This document shows positions 1 to 12,777 of a stretch of DNA of 64,000 nucleotides, in pieces. The DNA is taken from positions 180,978,001 through 181,042,000 of the forward strand of contig OZ024740.1 in NCBI GenBank assembly GCA_964016885.1. The letters run 5' to 3'. Both the position numbers and the translations under genes were made by a program. Below the pieces are notes generated by a model. It made no database searches, was not told the origin of the DNA, and was given only the letters and a program-made list of their open reading frames with translations. Positions within the stretch are counted from its first letter, which is position 1, and the number at the start of each line of letters is the position of its first letter. Origin of the DNA: Eledone cirrhosa. Taxonomy: Eukaryota.

Positions 1-39
1 ATCGGGTGAGTGCCCTAGTAGACTAAAGGCTCAGCGTTG

Positions 40-1160
40 GAAATGAGCAAGATAACGACCGTACATGCAACTACAGAGCGGGCACACAATGACCTCTGCA
101 AGGTAGATGCCTAACGAAGCGCCTAGTATACAAATGTGTGGTTAACATGCACAACACCAAGCGCACCTACATCGGCGTTACATCCACAACCTTTAAATCG
201 AGGATGTCTAATCAGACAAACTCTTTCAAGGACCGGAACAAAAGTTACTCCACTAGACTGGCGGACCTAGGATGGGACTTGAAAGACAACGGCACCCCGT
301 ATGACATTCACATGCATATTCGGCTGGAAAAAGGGAGTGTAGGGTATGCTTATCCAAGGCCCTGGAGATAGGCAGATTGAAGGATGATGCGGTCAAACTG
401 AAATCGGAGATTATCATGACTTGCAGACACCAGAGAAGATGTACATTCTCCGCATGGACAAAACCGGACAGCCCAAACTAAATGTATGCGAGGAAGCGGA
501 TGCCGGTCCGAGAAGCGGCACGGAACCAAGGGATCAGACACCATAACTTATTGACTATATATATGCCCCGTGGGGTAAGTCGACACAACCTATGCTACCT
601 ATCGGACTCTGCACGTCATCTTAGGCAACTACATCGCATGAGCCGGGACACGGTGGTTCAACTTCCAAGGATATTCAGTCCCGTACCATACATCAATAAG
701 GCACTCTATCTCACCCACATTGACATGCTACATTATGGCCTGTTGACGCACTCCCTGCATGTTTATCTTTGCAGTAGTATGTGCATATTCTCCACGCATT
801 CCCCTATGTAACACCTCATGTATTGTTTCCATGTACAAACCAATGTGTATCTTTACATACTTTTCTTATATAATTCATATGTATGTATTTTTTTTATATA
901 TTCTACATACAATTTTTTTATATATTCTGCATACATTTTATTATATATTCTGCATACTTTTTTTTATATATTCTGCATACATTTTCTAAATATGGTCTGG
1001 ACATAACCTTTACATTACTGCCATGAACGCCCCATATGTAGTTTTGCTTGAGGTTTCTATACGTGGATTAATCCACGTTGGCAACATGAAAACAACTTTT
1101 TCAGCATGTATATCAAGGTGTATTTTTTCGTGTACAGCCCAATGTGTATCTTTATATGCT
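40..1160 (+). mobile_element. Penelope-like element (Naiad-type) 3' fragment: degenerate GIY-YIG endonuclease plus 3' UTR
   Basis: Frame from 66 reads CNYRAGTQ*PLQGRCLTKRLVYKC...TYIGVTSTTFKSR (CxC-x5-CPL linker and VY-YIG); C-terminal SEIIMTCRH motif ends near 481. Confidence 0.85.
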
Positions 1161-1324
1161 TTTGTTATATATTTGTTATATATTTGTTTAATGTGCGTAT
1201 AAATATATGTATATACTTATGTATATATGTGTAAGAGTATATGTGTGAGTGTGTCTGTGTATGTATAGGCACAGGTGTAGAGGGTAAAAATGTGTAGATA
1301 TATATATATATATATATATATAGT

Positions 1325-3593
1325 GAAAGATTGAAGAGTAACTTGGTCGGCTGTACAACAAGGGGCTTTATTTCAAGTATTAACAATTGTTTCATTGATC
1401 AGGTGAGTCTAGAAGCCGATAATCGCTCGAAATTGCGTCACTCGATCTCCAATACATCGTTTACCTCTGATCAAATCCTCAGAATACGAATGAAATCACA
1501 CATGACATGGTATATATGGAGAAATAGCGTAGAACAAAAACAATAACAGCAATAATAACATATAATGATAAATAGGTAAAGAAGTTACATATGTAAAAAA
1601 TAAGAAAATAAAAAAAATAAAAAAATATAAACAAATAAAAATAAATAAGAGCATATATGTACAGAATACGATAGTTGATAATAGTGGATGGGGTTAATTA
1701 TGGATCGAGGATGGTTTGAGTTATTACCCCCCTCGATTCATAATTAACTCCATGGCACATATTATATTCCTCAGAATATCCTGCCTACCATCTAACCTAG
1801 AAATGTTTAGCGAATACGCAAACTATTATAACATAGCTTTCCATAAAACAGGACATAAAGATGGGTTCAAATACACACCAGATAGAGACAGGAGCAACAA
1901 ACATAATGACAGTTACACTACCGACACCTATAGAAATAACAAACAAAGTACTAAACATAGAATTAGACAACGAGCAACAGAAATAACTGAACCGAATACT
2001 AATATAAGGACCCCTAGGACTATAGAAAATTCAGAGATAGGAAATACTTATTGTTCAATCCAATATTCAACTCCTCTATAAAAAACAAACTACCTTCTAC
2101 ATTCTTTAAACTAATTGACAAACACTTCCCTAAACTACACAAATATCATATAATCTTTAACAGAAAAACTATCAAACTATCTTACTCTACTATAGCCAAC
2201 ATAGAATCACACATACATAAAATCAACCAAAAAAGAATCTCTAAAGAAAATGACCTACCAACATACACCATAGCAGCAAATACAAAACGCAAACACATAA
2301 CAACATCACAACCACACACACATCAGAGCGCATCATAACAAAACACTAATAGGCATAAATCTCAACACACCCATAACACGATGCAAAACCGCAATGGAGA
2401 ACTTGCATAAAGAAAAGCCTCCAACTGTAACTGCCACCTACCCGAATATGCCCAATACAGAATAGATGCCTGGATTCAAGTATGGTGTACCTGTGTACTA
2501 TAAATTCAGGCAAATTTACATGGCACTATATAGGTTCCACGGTTGGGGAGTTAAAAAAACGAAGTTCCGTAGACTGGAGAACTCTACAATGCTCGCCAAT
2601 AAAATATGGCAGCTTAAAAACAAAAACAAAAGAATATAGGATGCTGGTCAAAACTATCGGAGGCAAGGGCCTACAACAATGGAATGTCCCATTGCTGACT
2701 TTGCAATATGGAGCTATTCCATATTTTAAGGTATGTTAAGATGCTGCTGAACAGCAAAATAGAAAGATCAATTTTCTGTAGGCACAAAACAGGTACCAAG
2801 TTTACAAATTTCAAACCACCGTGATTCGACCGAGCAATCCCAAAATTAGAACTGAACCACCTGGATTTTGACGTAAGGAATACATACCATCACTAACATC
2901 GCTATTAGCTGTCAACTAACTGGCTGGTCACTAGATCATACATCTCCTAACATTTCTTTCACCCTCTCTCCCTGAAACCACATCAACCCCATTAAGATAA
3001 GATAATACCACACAGACATATCAAAACCCCCTCTTCACCATCCATCATCAGCCCTTAGGTCTCGTACTAGTATCCCCCACTTAATTTCTAATTTATTGCT
3101 TTTTCTTTTATCTGTTATTTGTTACTACCTAAGATTCTCTACACGTATTTATGCATGCTTCGAATATTGCTTTTCATGTTAGCACTACGTCCACCCTATA
3201 TTCTTATACAGAACCTTACTCACTATTATCAACTATCATATTCTGTACTTATATGCTCTTATTTATTTTTATTTCGTTATATTTTTTTTTATTTTTACTT
3301 TTTTTTTTTATTTTCTTACTTTTTACATCTGTAATTTCTTTACCTATTTATCAGTATATGTTATTATTGCTGGTATGTTTTTATTTTACGCTATTTCTCT
3401 ATATATACCATGCCAATTATGATTTCTTTCGTATTCTGCGGATTTGATCAGAAGTAAACTATGTATTGGAGATCGAGTTACGCAACTACGTGCGATTAGG
3501 GGCTTCTAGACTCACCTGATCAATTAAACAATTGTTAATACTTGAAACAAAGCCCGTTGTTGTACAGCCGACAATATTACTATTCAATCTTTC
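1325..3593 (+). mobile_element. 5'-truncated, decayed Naiad-type PLE with an inverted ~370-bp copy of its 3' end placed upstream
   Basis: FNPIFNSSIKNKLPSTFFKLIDKHFP..IKLSYST (2051-2338); CNC and VYLC..HYIGST (2425-2560); 1325-1695 is the reverse complement of about 3215-3593. Confidence 0.85.
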
Positions 3594-3795
3594 CTTATTA
3601 TTACTCCAAGTATAACCTACATAGGAATTCTCGTGAACGCGTGCCTAACTATGTAAAGAGCTTGTTGAGTCAAACAAAACCGTACGTTAAAACCATCCGA
3701 AACATAGAGTACCCACAACCTCTAACTCGATTACTTATAACGATAAAAGGATTACAAATGAGAATACATACTGTTAGAACATGTTTATACAATTG

Positions 3796-3836
3796 TACCT
3801 ACGTCCGTTTCGCCCAAAAAGGGCTTCTCAAGGGCA
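3796..3836 (-). ncRNA. Minimal type I hammerhead ribozyme (U3-A8 core)
   Basis: Minus strand TGCCC TTGAGAA GCCC-TTTTT-GGGC GAAA CGGACG TA GGTA; stem I imperfect. Confidence 0.7.
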
Positions 3837-5649
3837 TACAAATCTATAGAGTATTCAGTATAGAACCCAGAAGGGGTTTTAAGAAGATAGTCACATCGAA
3901 TTTCATTCTTGATTCAAACAGACATGGTCGTTATTGTCACAGAGCAAGGGGAGTAACTCTGACCTGTGTTTGAATAGATTCCCTAAATGGCTTATTATCC
4001 GTTCATATGATGGTTGTTTTCCACTACTGTTTTATGGGTGCTACTTTACTGCTGCCTAGTCAAGCCGGATCTAAGAGGCGTAGTTGGCGTACAGATGTTT
4101 AGTTATGCAACCTGCCCGCGGGCGCGTTATGGTTTGGTGCAGGGGCACCCAGTTTATGGTGTTCAGGTCTCAACTGGGGTCCAACCATAGAATGACTGTT
4201 GTATTCTGTGCCTGCACTTTATCACAGATTCTGCTCTACTGTCCATGAGCTCAGGGGGTGCTCTTACGATATGGTAAAGTTCCATGAGGCAGAACTGCCA
4301 CTTCCTCTTGAAGTTGTACGGGGTTGCCCTGCTGACAATTTCCCAGTATGTGGAGAAGCTAATGTTGGAGTCTTTTAATGTTGTGATGAAATTGGCGAGT
4401 GATGTGGAGTATCTAAGCTTCTTGTTTCTAAAAGAGTGGAGATGCGTTCGAAATCTAGTTTGAACGGACCAGAGGCCCCTATATAATGTTTGACGCTATT
4501 ATGGCTAGTACGGTGCACCTATAAATAGCATTGTCTGTCAGGCAACTTCCTCTGAGCGGAGAGCTTCCCTGGTCTCGACAGTTGCAGTGTCGGCTGAGGT
4601 CGCTGCAAATCCGCTGGCTCTTAGTGTCCGAAGTAAGGCTATTACTATCACTACCAATGTTATTGTCAACGCCACCACCACTATCGCCGTAATTAGTATA
4701 CTATGCCGTACTATTATATCCTGTAACGCTCGGGTGTTACAGGATATAATTATTACTCGGCACGCCACAGCGCCTTCTGTTTGCGCCTCGCGACCCGTAC
4801 GGGTCATCAGCATGCTCACTAGTTTCGCCGCGGTTATGTCGGTTGCGTCTGCTGGAGCTGGCGTCGACACTGTCGGGTGCTGCTAGGGAAGCGTTAAGGC
4901 TATTAGGGTTGCTGTCAAGTCTAGACCTATCACTGCTATGGTGCCGTTTCTTAGTGTGTTACTGTAATTAGTTATCCCTATTATGTCTGCTAGATTAGGT
5001 GTAGTGGAGAAGGATATTTTAATATTGTTCTTATTGAAGATTTTCCTGTACTTATGGTTGGGTGGGAAGTTCTTCTCTAAGGCTTCGAAACATATCCTAG
5101 GTTAACCAGAAGCCACACTCCGTGTGGCCATCATTTTTGTTAATCTTATAGGTAGGGAATAATTCTAGTAGGCTACAGCAGCTACCGTTGCCCATATCAT
5201 GACCTTTATTATGCGGTAGGCCTTCTACACCACCACCCAGGTAGTTAACGCTACGGCCGTGTTTCTTAGTGCGATTCTCTATACTATAATTGTTGGCTCT
5301 AGTATGGCCGCTGCGTATGCGGTTATAGGTATGGCTTCCTATAACATTAGTCCTATGATGGGGTGGTTTCTAGAGTCAGCGTTAGGAAGGTAGGAGATTA
5401 TACGGTTATATCCTGCATCCACCAAGGCTTTATTGTAGTAGTCAGCAGTTTGGTTGAGGATGTCCTCGTTACCGGAAAGCCTCGAGATCCTATGGGATAT
5501 GCTATATACTATGGAGTTGAGGTTAGACATAGGGTGGTTTGATGCAAAATTAATATATGATAGAATCTCGTCGAGCTTATGATATGGCTTGTACAGGCCC
5601 GTACTCAACTCCAGGGTCACGTCTAGGAAGTTGACTATCTGGTGGAAAT

Positions 5650-8600
5650 AATAGCTAATAAAGATGAAAGAATGGTATTTAACTAAAGTAATGGTGCGCG
5701 ATGGGGCCCACTCACAGCCCCGGTGGACATAATGGACAAGGCGTTTCCCCGGAGGACGGCAAGGGAGACGCACTGGAAAAGCTACTCCAACTCGCGGGGC
5801 TCACACCTACGGCTGGCCAGCTCAGCGCCTATGGTGGTGAGTAAGGAGGTAGCGCTGAGGCCGAGGACACCAGAAGTTTCCACTGCCAGGGGAACGACCG
5901 CAAACCTGTCGTAGAGCGACCGGTATTTGAGGAGTTTGGCCCCTTCAGCCCGACGTGCAGCAGAACCTGGGTCAGTCGCAGACTGCACCAGGTTGCTGCT
6001 GCAGAAAGTGTCGGTGCAAGTGGCATCCAAGACGAGCGGTTTGCCACCGCGGTACGGGAAGATGGTCATGCCATCTGGCCTTTTGCCGTCCCCTCGATCC
6101 AGCCCCACCGCCTCGAGCTGGGAAGGGAAGCCTGCAGCATCCAAGCGAGGCTTAATGACCTCGTTTAGGGCAGTATGGCTTAGAATGCGGCCGGCACTGT
6201 GGCGACAGGAAAGCGGCTGGAGGCCGAACGAGTCCACGGTGGAACCGCAGCGACATTGGTGTGGCTGGCAGATCCAGAGGCCGAGCCTCAGGGGAACGCC
6301 GATTCGCAGGCTATGGTTGTCTAGCTGCGTGCCACTGGAGAAGGAGGGCAGCACATGGAACCAGGCACCAATGTGGGGTTTGGAGGCCGCACGAAAACAA
6401 GCAAGGCGGCGCTGGTCGAGCTTGCGCGTGAGCCTGTCTGAGGCCAGGATGCACTGGATGGCATCCCAAGTGTGTTGGGGGGACTTGACGTCAACAGGGG
6501 GAGAAGGAGGAGGGACGTTTACTGGGCTAAGTTCCAGCCGGTCCCACGTCTCACAGGCCGCCTCACGTGCTCTGAACACAGAGGGTTCTATTGTGTTTTG
6601 AAGAGCCCTGCTGACGAAGACGCGGCACGAGGTTACCGACGAAAGATACGACGGCAAAGCTAGTGACTTCGGGGACCCGAGGACTAGGCCGCCATACCTG
6701 ACCGGTAAAGTGGCCTGTTGTCACCCTATGTTGTCAAACTTGACGTTGCATATACCCTCGGTTGCTGCTCGTATACAAGTATCGAGGTCAACGAGGAGAG
6801 ATGTCTGGGTGTAGCATGGAGCGCTGCGGAGTGTATAGAGGAGCTTCGGCATGGCGAAGCAGTTCATCAGCAGAAAGAGAGATGGGTGGCCGTCAATCAA
6901 GCCCAGTCGGCTCGTGAGAATCTGGAGCTATTGAAGCCTAGACCTGAGGGTGGATCAGATGGCCGGCAGGTGGATCGGTGTCCCGAGGATGAGGACATCC
7001 TCTTTGGGGGTCAACTGAACCTGGCGGAGAATGGACCGCACGTCCAAGACGGAGGCTGCAAAGCTCACAGCATCGAGGCTGACGTTCACCACCTCCGACT
7101 TGGCCGAGTTCGCCTGGAGGCCGATTCCCGCCAGGGCAGGAATCACTGATTGAAGCACTTGGCAGACCGTCCGTACGGGTCCGCCCAACGTAGCATCATC
7201 CAGATACCAAACGTTAAGAATGGCTGTGATACTCCGGGCGATGTGGTCAATACCAAGGGCGAACAGGAGGGGTCCCAAATGGTTGCCCTGCTGGACCCCA
7301 GTAGCCGAGGGTATTACCGTATCAGCAGCTAGGAGCATGCTCGGGGCTCCATATGTCAGGTAGGCCAGCGGGTAGGCAGAGGGGGCTCGGCTGAGGCAAG
7401 CCTCGAGCAGATGATCCCGACGTAATGAGTTAAAGGCACCTCATTGTCAAGCTTGACAATGAGGTGCCTGGAGTCCCTGGATGCCGGTACCGATGGGCAG
7501 CTGCTGAAGAACTGCCTGATTGGGTGAGAGGCTCCCTCACAACCACCGTACACGCCGACACACAGTTGCACCGGACTAAACTCCTCACCCAGTTTATGTG
7601 TGATGGACTTGCAGATCACCTTGGCAGCCAGCCTACGGAAGACATTTCCCAGAGCAATGGGGCGTATGCCACCCTCTTTCTTCCTGAGAGCGGTGAGGCT
7701 GGCCGAAAAAAAGAGGCCTCGGGGGTAAGGGTCGAGGGCACCATGAATGAGCCTATTCGTGAGCGCCACAATTGCACTCAGAAGGCGGCGCCCGGCCTCA
7801 GCGTAGAGGGGTGATGTCAACTCCTTCAGGTGGCCTGGTCGGATACCATCAACACCTACGCAGCCGCTAGCTGGGAAGGTCCTGACGGAGGACATGATAT
7901 CTGCATCAGGAGCCACAAGGAGCGAGCAGGTGGGGGTCGGGTGGGGGTATGGGTCTGAGATCAGTGGCTGGCTCAGGGTGTTTGAGCCGCAGAGCAGCTA
8001 TGATCTCCTCGGTGGGTTGGAGGACAGTGTCCTCTGAGGCAACAAATCTGACTGCGGCCGAGACATCACCCATGATAAGCTTTGCGTTTACCTGGTAACG
8101 CAAACGCTTGGTGCTGGCCTCGCGGGTGGATGATAGGGGGTATCTGAGGGTGGGATGTGTGGCGTACCTGGGCACGCTTGGAATGGGCTCTCGCCCAAAT
8201 GACGAGACATTGGCCTTGACGAAGACTGCTGCTGATTGGCCGCCCCGGTCAGCGCCAGAGCTGGTGAGGACGAGGGCCAGTGGGGCGAAATAGAACAGCC
8301 GCTCACAGTCACTGTCTTGATTGGAGTCAGGGCGCTCTCCATCGAGGAAGCGAGAGCATTGGCTACCGGCACCCGTGCACTCTCGGGATCCTAAGTGGGA
8401 TCTTCCGGAGCCACCTGAGCCGAGCGATGTTGACCAGCGAGGCTCGGGCGTCAGGCAAGCTCGCTGTCCCATCTGGTGGTGTTCCAGACGGCCGTGGCTG
8501 GGAAAACGTGGGGAAGAGGCAGCTCCTGCACCTCCACGCTGCGAGGGCATTGGAAGTTCGACGAGTCAAGCCAACGTAGGTGAGGTGGTGGAAGCAGCCG

Positions 8601-8950
8601 CACCCCAAATAGTTCCGGCCCCTCTTCCGTTGTTTAGTAATGTCGCAAGTGCTGCAGGTGTTGATTTGGATGGGTGGGGGATGAGGCGTGGGGCCGGGGA
8701 CTGGGGCACCGAGCTGCATTAGGGGTCTGTGGCTGGTGTGTGTGGCTGGAAGGGAAAGTGCTGGTAAGTGGGCAGCAGAGCTCACCTATATATATGGAGG
8801 TGCCAGAAAACGAGAGCGAAAAGGTGCTGCATGGAGGGGGAGACACAGGAAGGTAGAATGGCAGTAAATGTATGAGTGAATGGATGGATGTACAAAAAAA
8901 AAAAAAAAAAGGTGTGGGGGGAACAAGGGGTTGTTCCCAGCGGAATGACC
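5650..8950 (-). mobile_element. CRE-like non-LTR retrotransposon (RT plus restriction-like endonuclease), frameshifted, nested in the PLE
   Basis: RT motifs GVDGIRP, LTALRKKEGGIRPIALGNVFRRL, GVQQGNHLGPLLF, WYLDD; CCHC-like CRCG...LSC, SHTALNEVI and KRPDG..LDATC RLE motifs in ORF 5782-6657; terminal LAVLRGNA motif near 5740. Confidence 0.88.
8500..8660 (-). pseudogene. PHD-finger-like domain at the N-terminus of the CRE-like ORF
   Basis: ORF 8363-8785: CSTC..NYLGC..FHHLTYVGL..WRCRSC fits C4HC3 with two Cys-to-Tyr changes. Confidence 0.7.
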
Positions 8951-10389
8951 CAGAATTCAGCACGCATACATGCGAGCAACTGAGCAGTTTGTCAAAGACG
9001 ATATTCTCAATGGACGCGCTTACAATATTTGAATGTAACTGAACCGTCGTGTCATTTAATTTGAAATGTGGAGCAAAGTAAAAAGAAAATAGTGAATTTG
9101 GAGTGTCAATCCTTGTAATTTTTTTTCCCCCTTTTTTTTTTCCAATACCGGACAGTTTTCCAGGATCTATACTCATTTTTTTAAATTTTTATTGTCTATA
9201 GTTAAGGATAGGCCATACGATTTGAAGAACTGGTGTATGCGCTTGCTAAAGTTCTCTACCCTGCGGGAGCTATGGTTTCTAACGGTAAATAGGGCGTCGT
9301 CCTTATATACACCTCCTTGTAGAACCGAGGTCTCGTCCCTACGTCTATGGAGGAGGTATATTCCAACCAGGTAGGTCGCTTGCGCCGAGTCACTAGACCC
9401 CATCGTAATATAGAAGTTATCAGGACGGTTGGTTCTGGTCCAATGGGAACCCTCGAATTGGATAATATTTCTGCGCGCTGCTAGTACTATATCTATCTAT
9501 TTTTTAGTGAGGCTAGTGTTAGATCTAGCTAAAATAAGGGCCTTGTTTAAGAGTATGGGGGAGATAGAGGAATAGTTGCTGTCTATGTCAAACTGGATTT
9601 ACTTTAGAGTTGTCTTATCGGGCAACTCGGTGAACCAATTAATGACCTGTTCGGTGTAGTTCCAGAGACACATATTAGCTTTGCTATTAAGTTCAATTAT
9701 TACTCTGTCGAAGATCACTTTACTAATCTTACCTATATCCGATGGAGAGGGACATATTAATCTAATAGAGGGGCTTTCATTAAAATTACATTTGTGATCC
9801 TTAAGAGAGAATCTAGGTGTCATAGGGACATATGGGTTGGTGTACTTATGTATGTCTAAGCTAGTCACTATATTCTTCCCTACTCTATTAATGTCATTTT
9901 AGGTATTAATGGGTGTTTTTTTTTAATAATTTTTTTTGTAATTCGTTATAAATGAATTGTTCCTACATGTTCACGTCCCTCTAATACAGCTTCTTGGTTT
10001 TCTCAGGGGTAACGAATAGGTGTGTGTCATTCTTGATCTTAGTGATGAGCGCGTCTAGGGATGTTAAGGATAAATTACTCCATCGGCGTTTGTTCTTAAA
10101 CTTGATGTTTCTGATCAATTGAGCAGGTCTTCCTCAAAGGAGTCAAGCAAGGTGTTATGCGGTGGGTTTCGGTACGTTTTGAAGCCGTATCTCTCCTTAG
10201 GTTCTGGAGAGTTACGGGTATCCTTATCTAGGTGGTAGACCTTCCATCTTACTATCCGTATAGATCAGTTAGTATCATCGATAAGTTGCTTGAGGTATAT
10301 TTTTCTACTAGGTAACTTTCTACTACTTCAGAGACATGGGTAACGGTTGATTCTCCAACATGATAGCAAATAAAGTAAAATGCTCTACT

Positions 10390-11745
10390 CACGGAGTGTG
10401 GCTTCTGGTTAACCTAGGATATGTTTCGAAGCCTTAGAGAAGAACTTCCCACCCAACCATAAGTACAGGAAAATCTTCAATAAGAACAATATTAAAATAT
10501 CCTTCTCCACTACACCTAATCTAGCAGACATAATAGGGATAACTAATTACAGTAACTCACTAAGAAACGGCACCATAGCAGTGATAGGTCTAGACTTGAC
10601 AGCAACCCTAATAGCCTTAACGCTTCCCTAGCAGCACCTGACAGTGTCGACGCCAGCTCCAACAGACGCAACCGACATAACCGCGGCGAAACTGGTTGGC
10701 ATGTTGATGACCCGTAGGGGTTGCGAAGCGGCAACAGAAAGCACTGTGGCGTGCGGAGTAATAATGGTACTAACCTGCGCGCTACAGGATATAATAGTTC
10801 TAATTACGGTGATAGTGGCGGTGGCGTTGACAATAACATAGATAGTGATATTAATAGCCTTACTTCGGGCACTATGAGCCACCATAGCGGCAGCGACCGC
10901 AGCCGACACTGCAACTGTCGAGACCAGGGTAGCTGTCCGCTCAGGGGAAGTTGCCTGACAGACAACGTGATTTATAGGTGCACCGTATCTAGCCATAATA
11001 GCGTCAAGCATTATATAGGGGCCACCTCTGGTCCGTTCAAACTAGATTTCGAACGCATCTCCACTCTTTTGGAAACAAGAAGCTTAGATACTCCACATCA
11101 CTCGCCAATTTCATCACAACATTAAAAGACTCCAACATTAGCTTCTCCACATATTGGGAAATTGTCAGCAGGGCAACCCCGTACAACTTCAAGAGGAAGT
11201 GCCAGCTCTGCCTCATGGAACTTTACCATATCGTAAGAGCACCCCCTGAGCTCATGGACAGTAGAGCAGAATCTGTGATAAAGTGCAGGCACAGAATACA
11301 ACAGTCATTCTATGGTTGGACCCCAGTTGAGACCTGAACACCATAAACTGGGTGCCTCTGCACCAAACCATAACGCGCCGGCGGGCACGTTGCACAACTA
11401 AACACTGTACACCAACTACGCCTCTTAGATCCGGCCGGCTTAACTAGGCAGCAGTAAAGTGGAACCCATAAAACTGTAGTGGAAAACAACCATCATGTGA
11501 ACGGATAATAAGCCATTTAGGGACATTTATTCAAACACCGGTCAGAGTTACTCTCCTTGCTATGTGACAATAACGACCAGGTCTGTTTGGATCAAGAATG
11601 GACTTCGATGTGACTATCTACTTAAAACCCCTTCTGGGTTCTATACTGAACACTCTATAGATTTGTATGCCCTTGGGAAGCCCTTTTCGGGCGAAACGTA
11701 CGTAGGTGTTTTTGTATAAACAGTATGTATTCTTTTGTAATCCTT
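10390..11745 (+). repeat. Inverted partial copy (3' ORF plus pseudo-LTR) of the adjacent PLE
   Basis: Reverse complement of 3745-5124 with scattered substitutions and indels; encodes CNCRDQGSCPLRGSCLTDNVIYRC..HYIGAT (ORF 10721-11125). Confidence 0.93.
11668..11708 (+). ncRNA. Minimal hammerhead ribozyme with a mutated core (A6G)
   Basis: TGCCC TTGGGAA GCCC-TTTTC-GGGC GAAA CGTACG TA GGTG. Confidence 0.6.
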
Positions 11746-12170
11746 TCCTTTGTAACCGCTCTGCTTATATTCTCGCCCACTAAATGTTAGCGCCTCTAAT
11801 ATTTAACCCTGTAGGCACAAGTATTGAGCATAAATGCACCAGCTTTTGGCAACTAACTATATGTATCGCTTATCCCTTTAAGCCTCTACTCTCTCACGGT
11901 ACTAAAATATTATATATATATATTTATATATATATATATACATATATATGCGCATGTGTGCGTACGTGTGTATGTATGTGTATGTATATATATATATGTG
12001 CGTGTATATGTATGTATATGTGCGCATGTGTACGTGTGAGTGTGTATGCTTTCGTGCGTACATGTGTGAACGTAAGCACGCAACCTACTCTGTATGTATC
12101 TCTCTATATTTAGTGTTATTATAGCACAATAAAGCAATGCAAATATCGGATAAGTAGCACTCTACAGATT

Positions 12171-12353
12171 ATAATTGTTTCTACTTTTGGCACAAGGGCA
12201 GCAATAAACCAGTAGATTACTGGTATTTTATGTTTTCATCGATCAAGTAAGGATGAAAGGCAAAGTTAACATCAGCGGGATTTAAACTCAGAATTGCTAG
12301 GGCCGTAACTCTATACGTCAAAGCATGGCGTGCGACCCTCTACCAATACTGCC
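12171..12353 (-). mobile_element. tRNA-derived SINE, family 1
   Basis: Minus strand A-box TGGCAGTATTGG, B-box-like GAGTTTAAATCC and central AACTTTGCCTTTCATCC block shared with six other copies in the window. Confidence 0.8.
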
Positions 12354-12357
12354 AATA

Positions 12358-12460
12358 ATAATATAAGATCAAAAGATGGTTAAAAGAATTCCAAGTATTT
12401 TATTATGCGCATAATAAAATACTTGGAACTCTTGTAACCATGTTTTGATCTTATATTATA
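12358..12460. repeat. ~100-bp imperfect palindrome centred on TGCGCA
   Basis: AATATAAGATCAAAAGATGGTT..TTCCAAGTATTTTATTATGC / GCATAATAAAATACTTGGAA..AACCATGTTTTGATCTTATATT. Confidence 0.9.
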
Positions 12461-12601
12461 TATATATTATATTATATGTATATATATATATATATATATA
12501 CATATATATATACATATACATATATACATACACATACATACACATATATACGCACATACACACATATACATATCTATAAATACATATACATATATATAAA
12601 C

Positions 12602-12632
<31 letters not shown>

Positions 12633-12777
12633 TACATACATACACCCACACATACATACACACATACATACATGCGTATATATGTATATATACATATATA
12701 TACATATATATATACATACATACATATATATATACATATACATACATACAAAAATATATATATATATTTAAGAGTTA
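12460..12777. repeat. Mixed (TA)n/(CA)n/(TACA)n microsatellite
   Basis: Visible directly. Confidence 0.95.

Larger units (their letters stand above)
3745..10389 (-). mobile_element. Near-full-length but decayed Naiad-type PLE (RT plus C-terminal GIY-YIG), split by an insertion at about 5650-9190
   Basis: N-terminal YGFKT-like region near 10190; PSIRLICPSPSDIGKISK (9599-9868); MGS..GVYKDD (9173-9403); resumes with VNFLDVTL..YKPYHK..SNHP (5339-5640); GIY-YIG at about 4280-4600; hammerhead at 3796-3836. Confidence 0.9.

Noticed and set aside
3513-3575. Hammerhead-like CTGATCA..GAAA in both arms of the 1325-3593 element
   Set aside because: G8 equivalent is C in both arms and stems I and III cannot be formed convincingly
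5927-8722. Plus-strand ORFs of 100-224 aa
   Set aside because: Antisense shadows of the GC-rich CRE-like coding sequence
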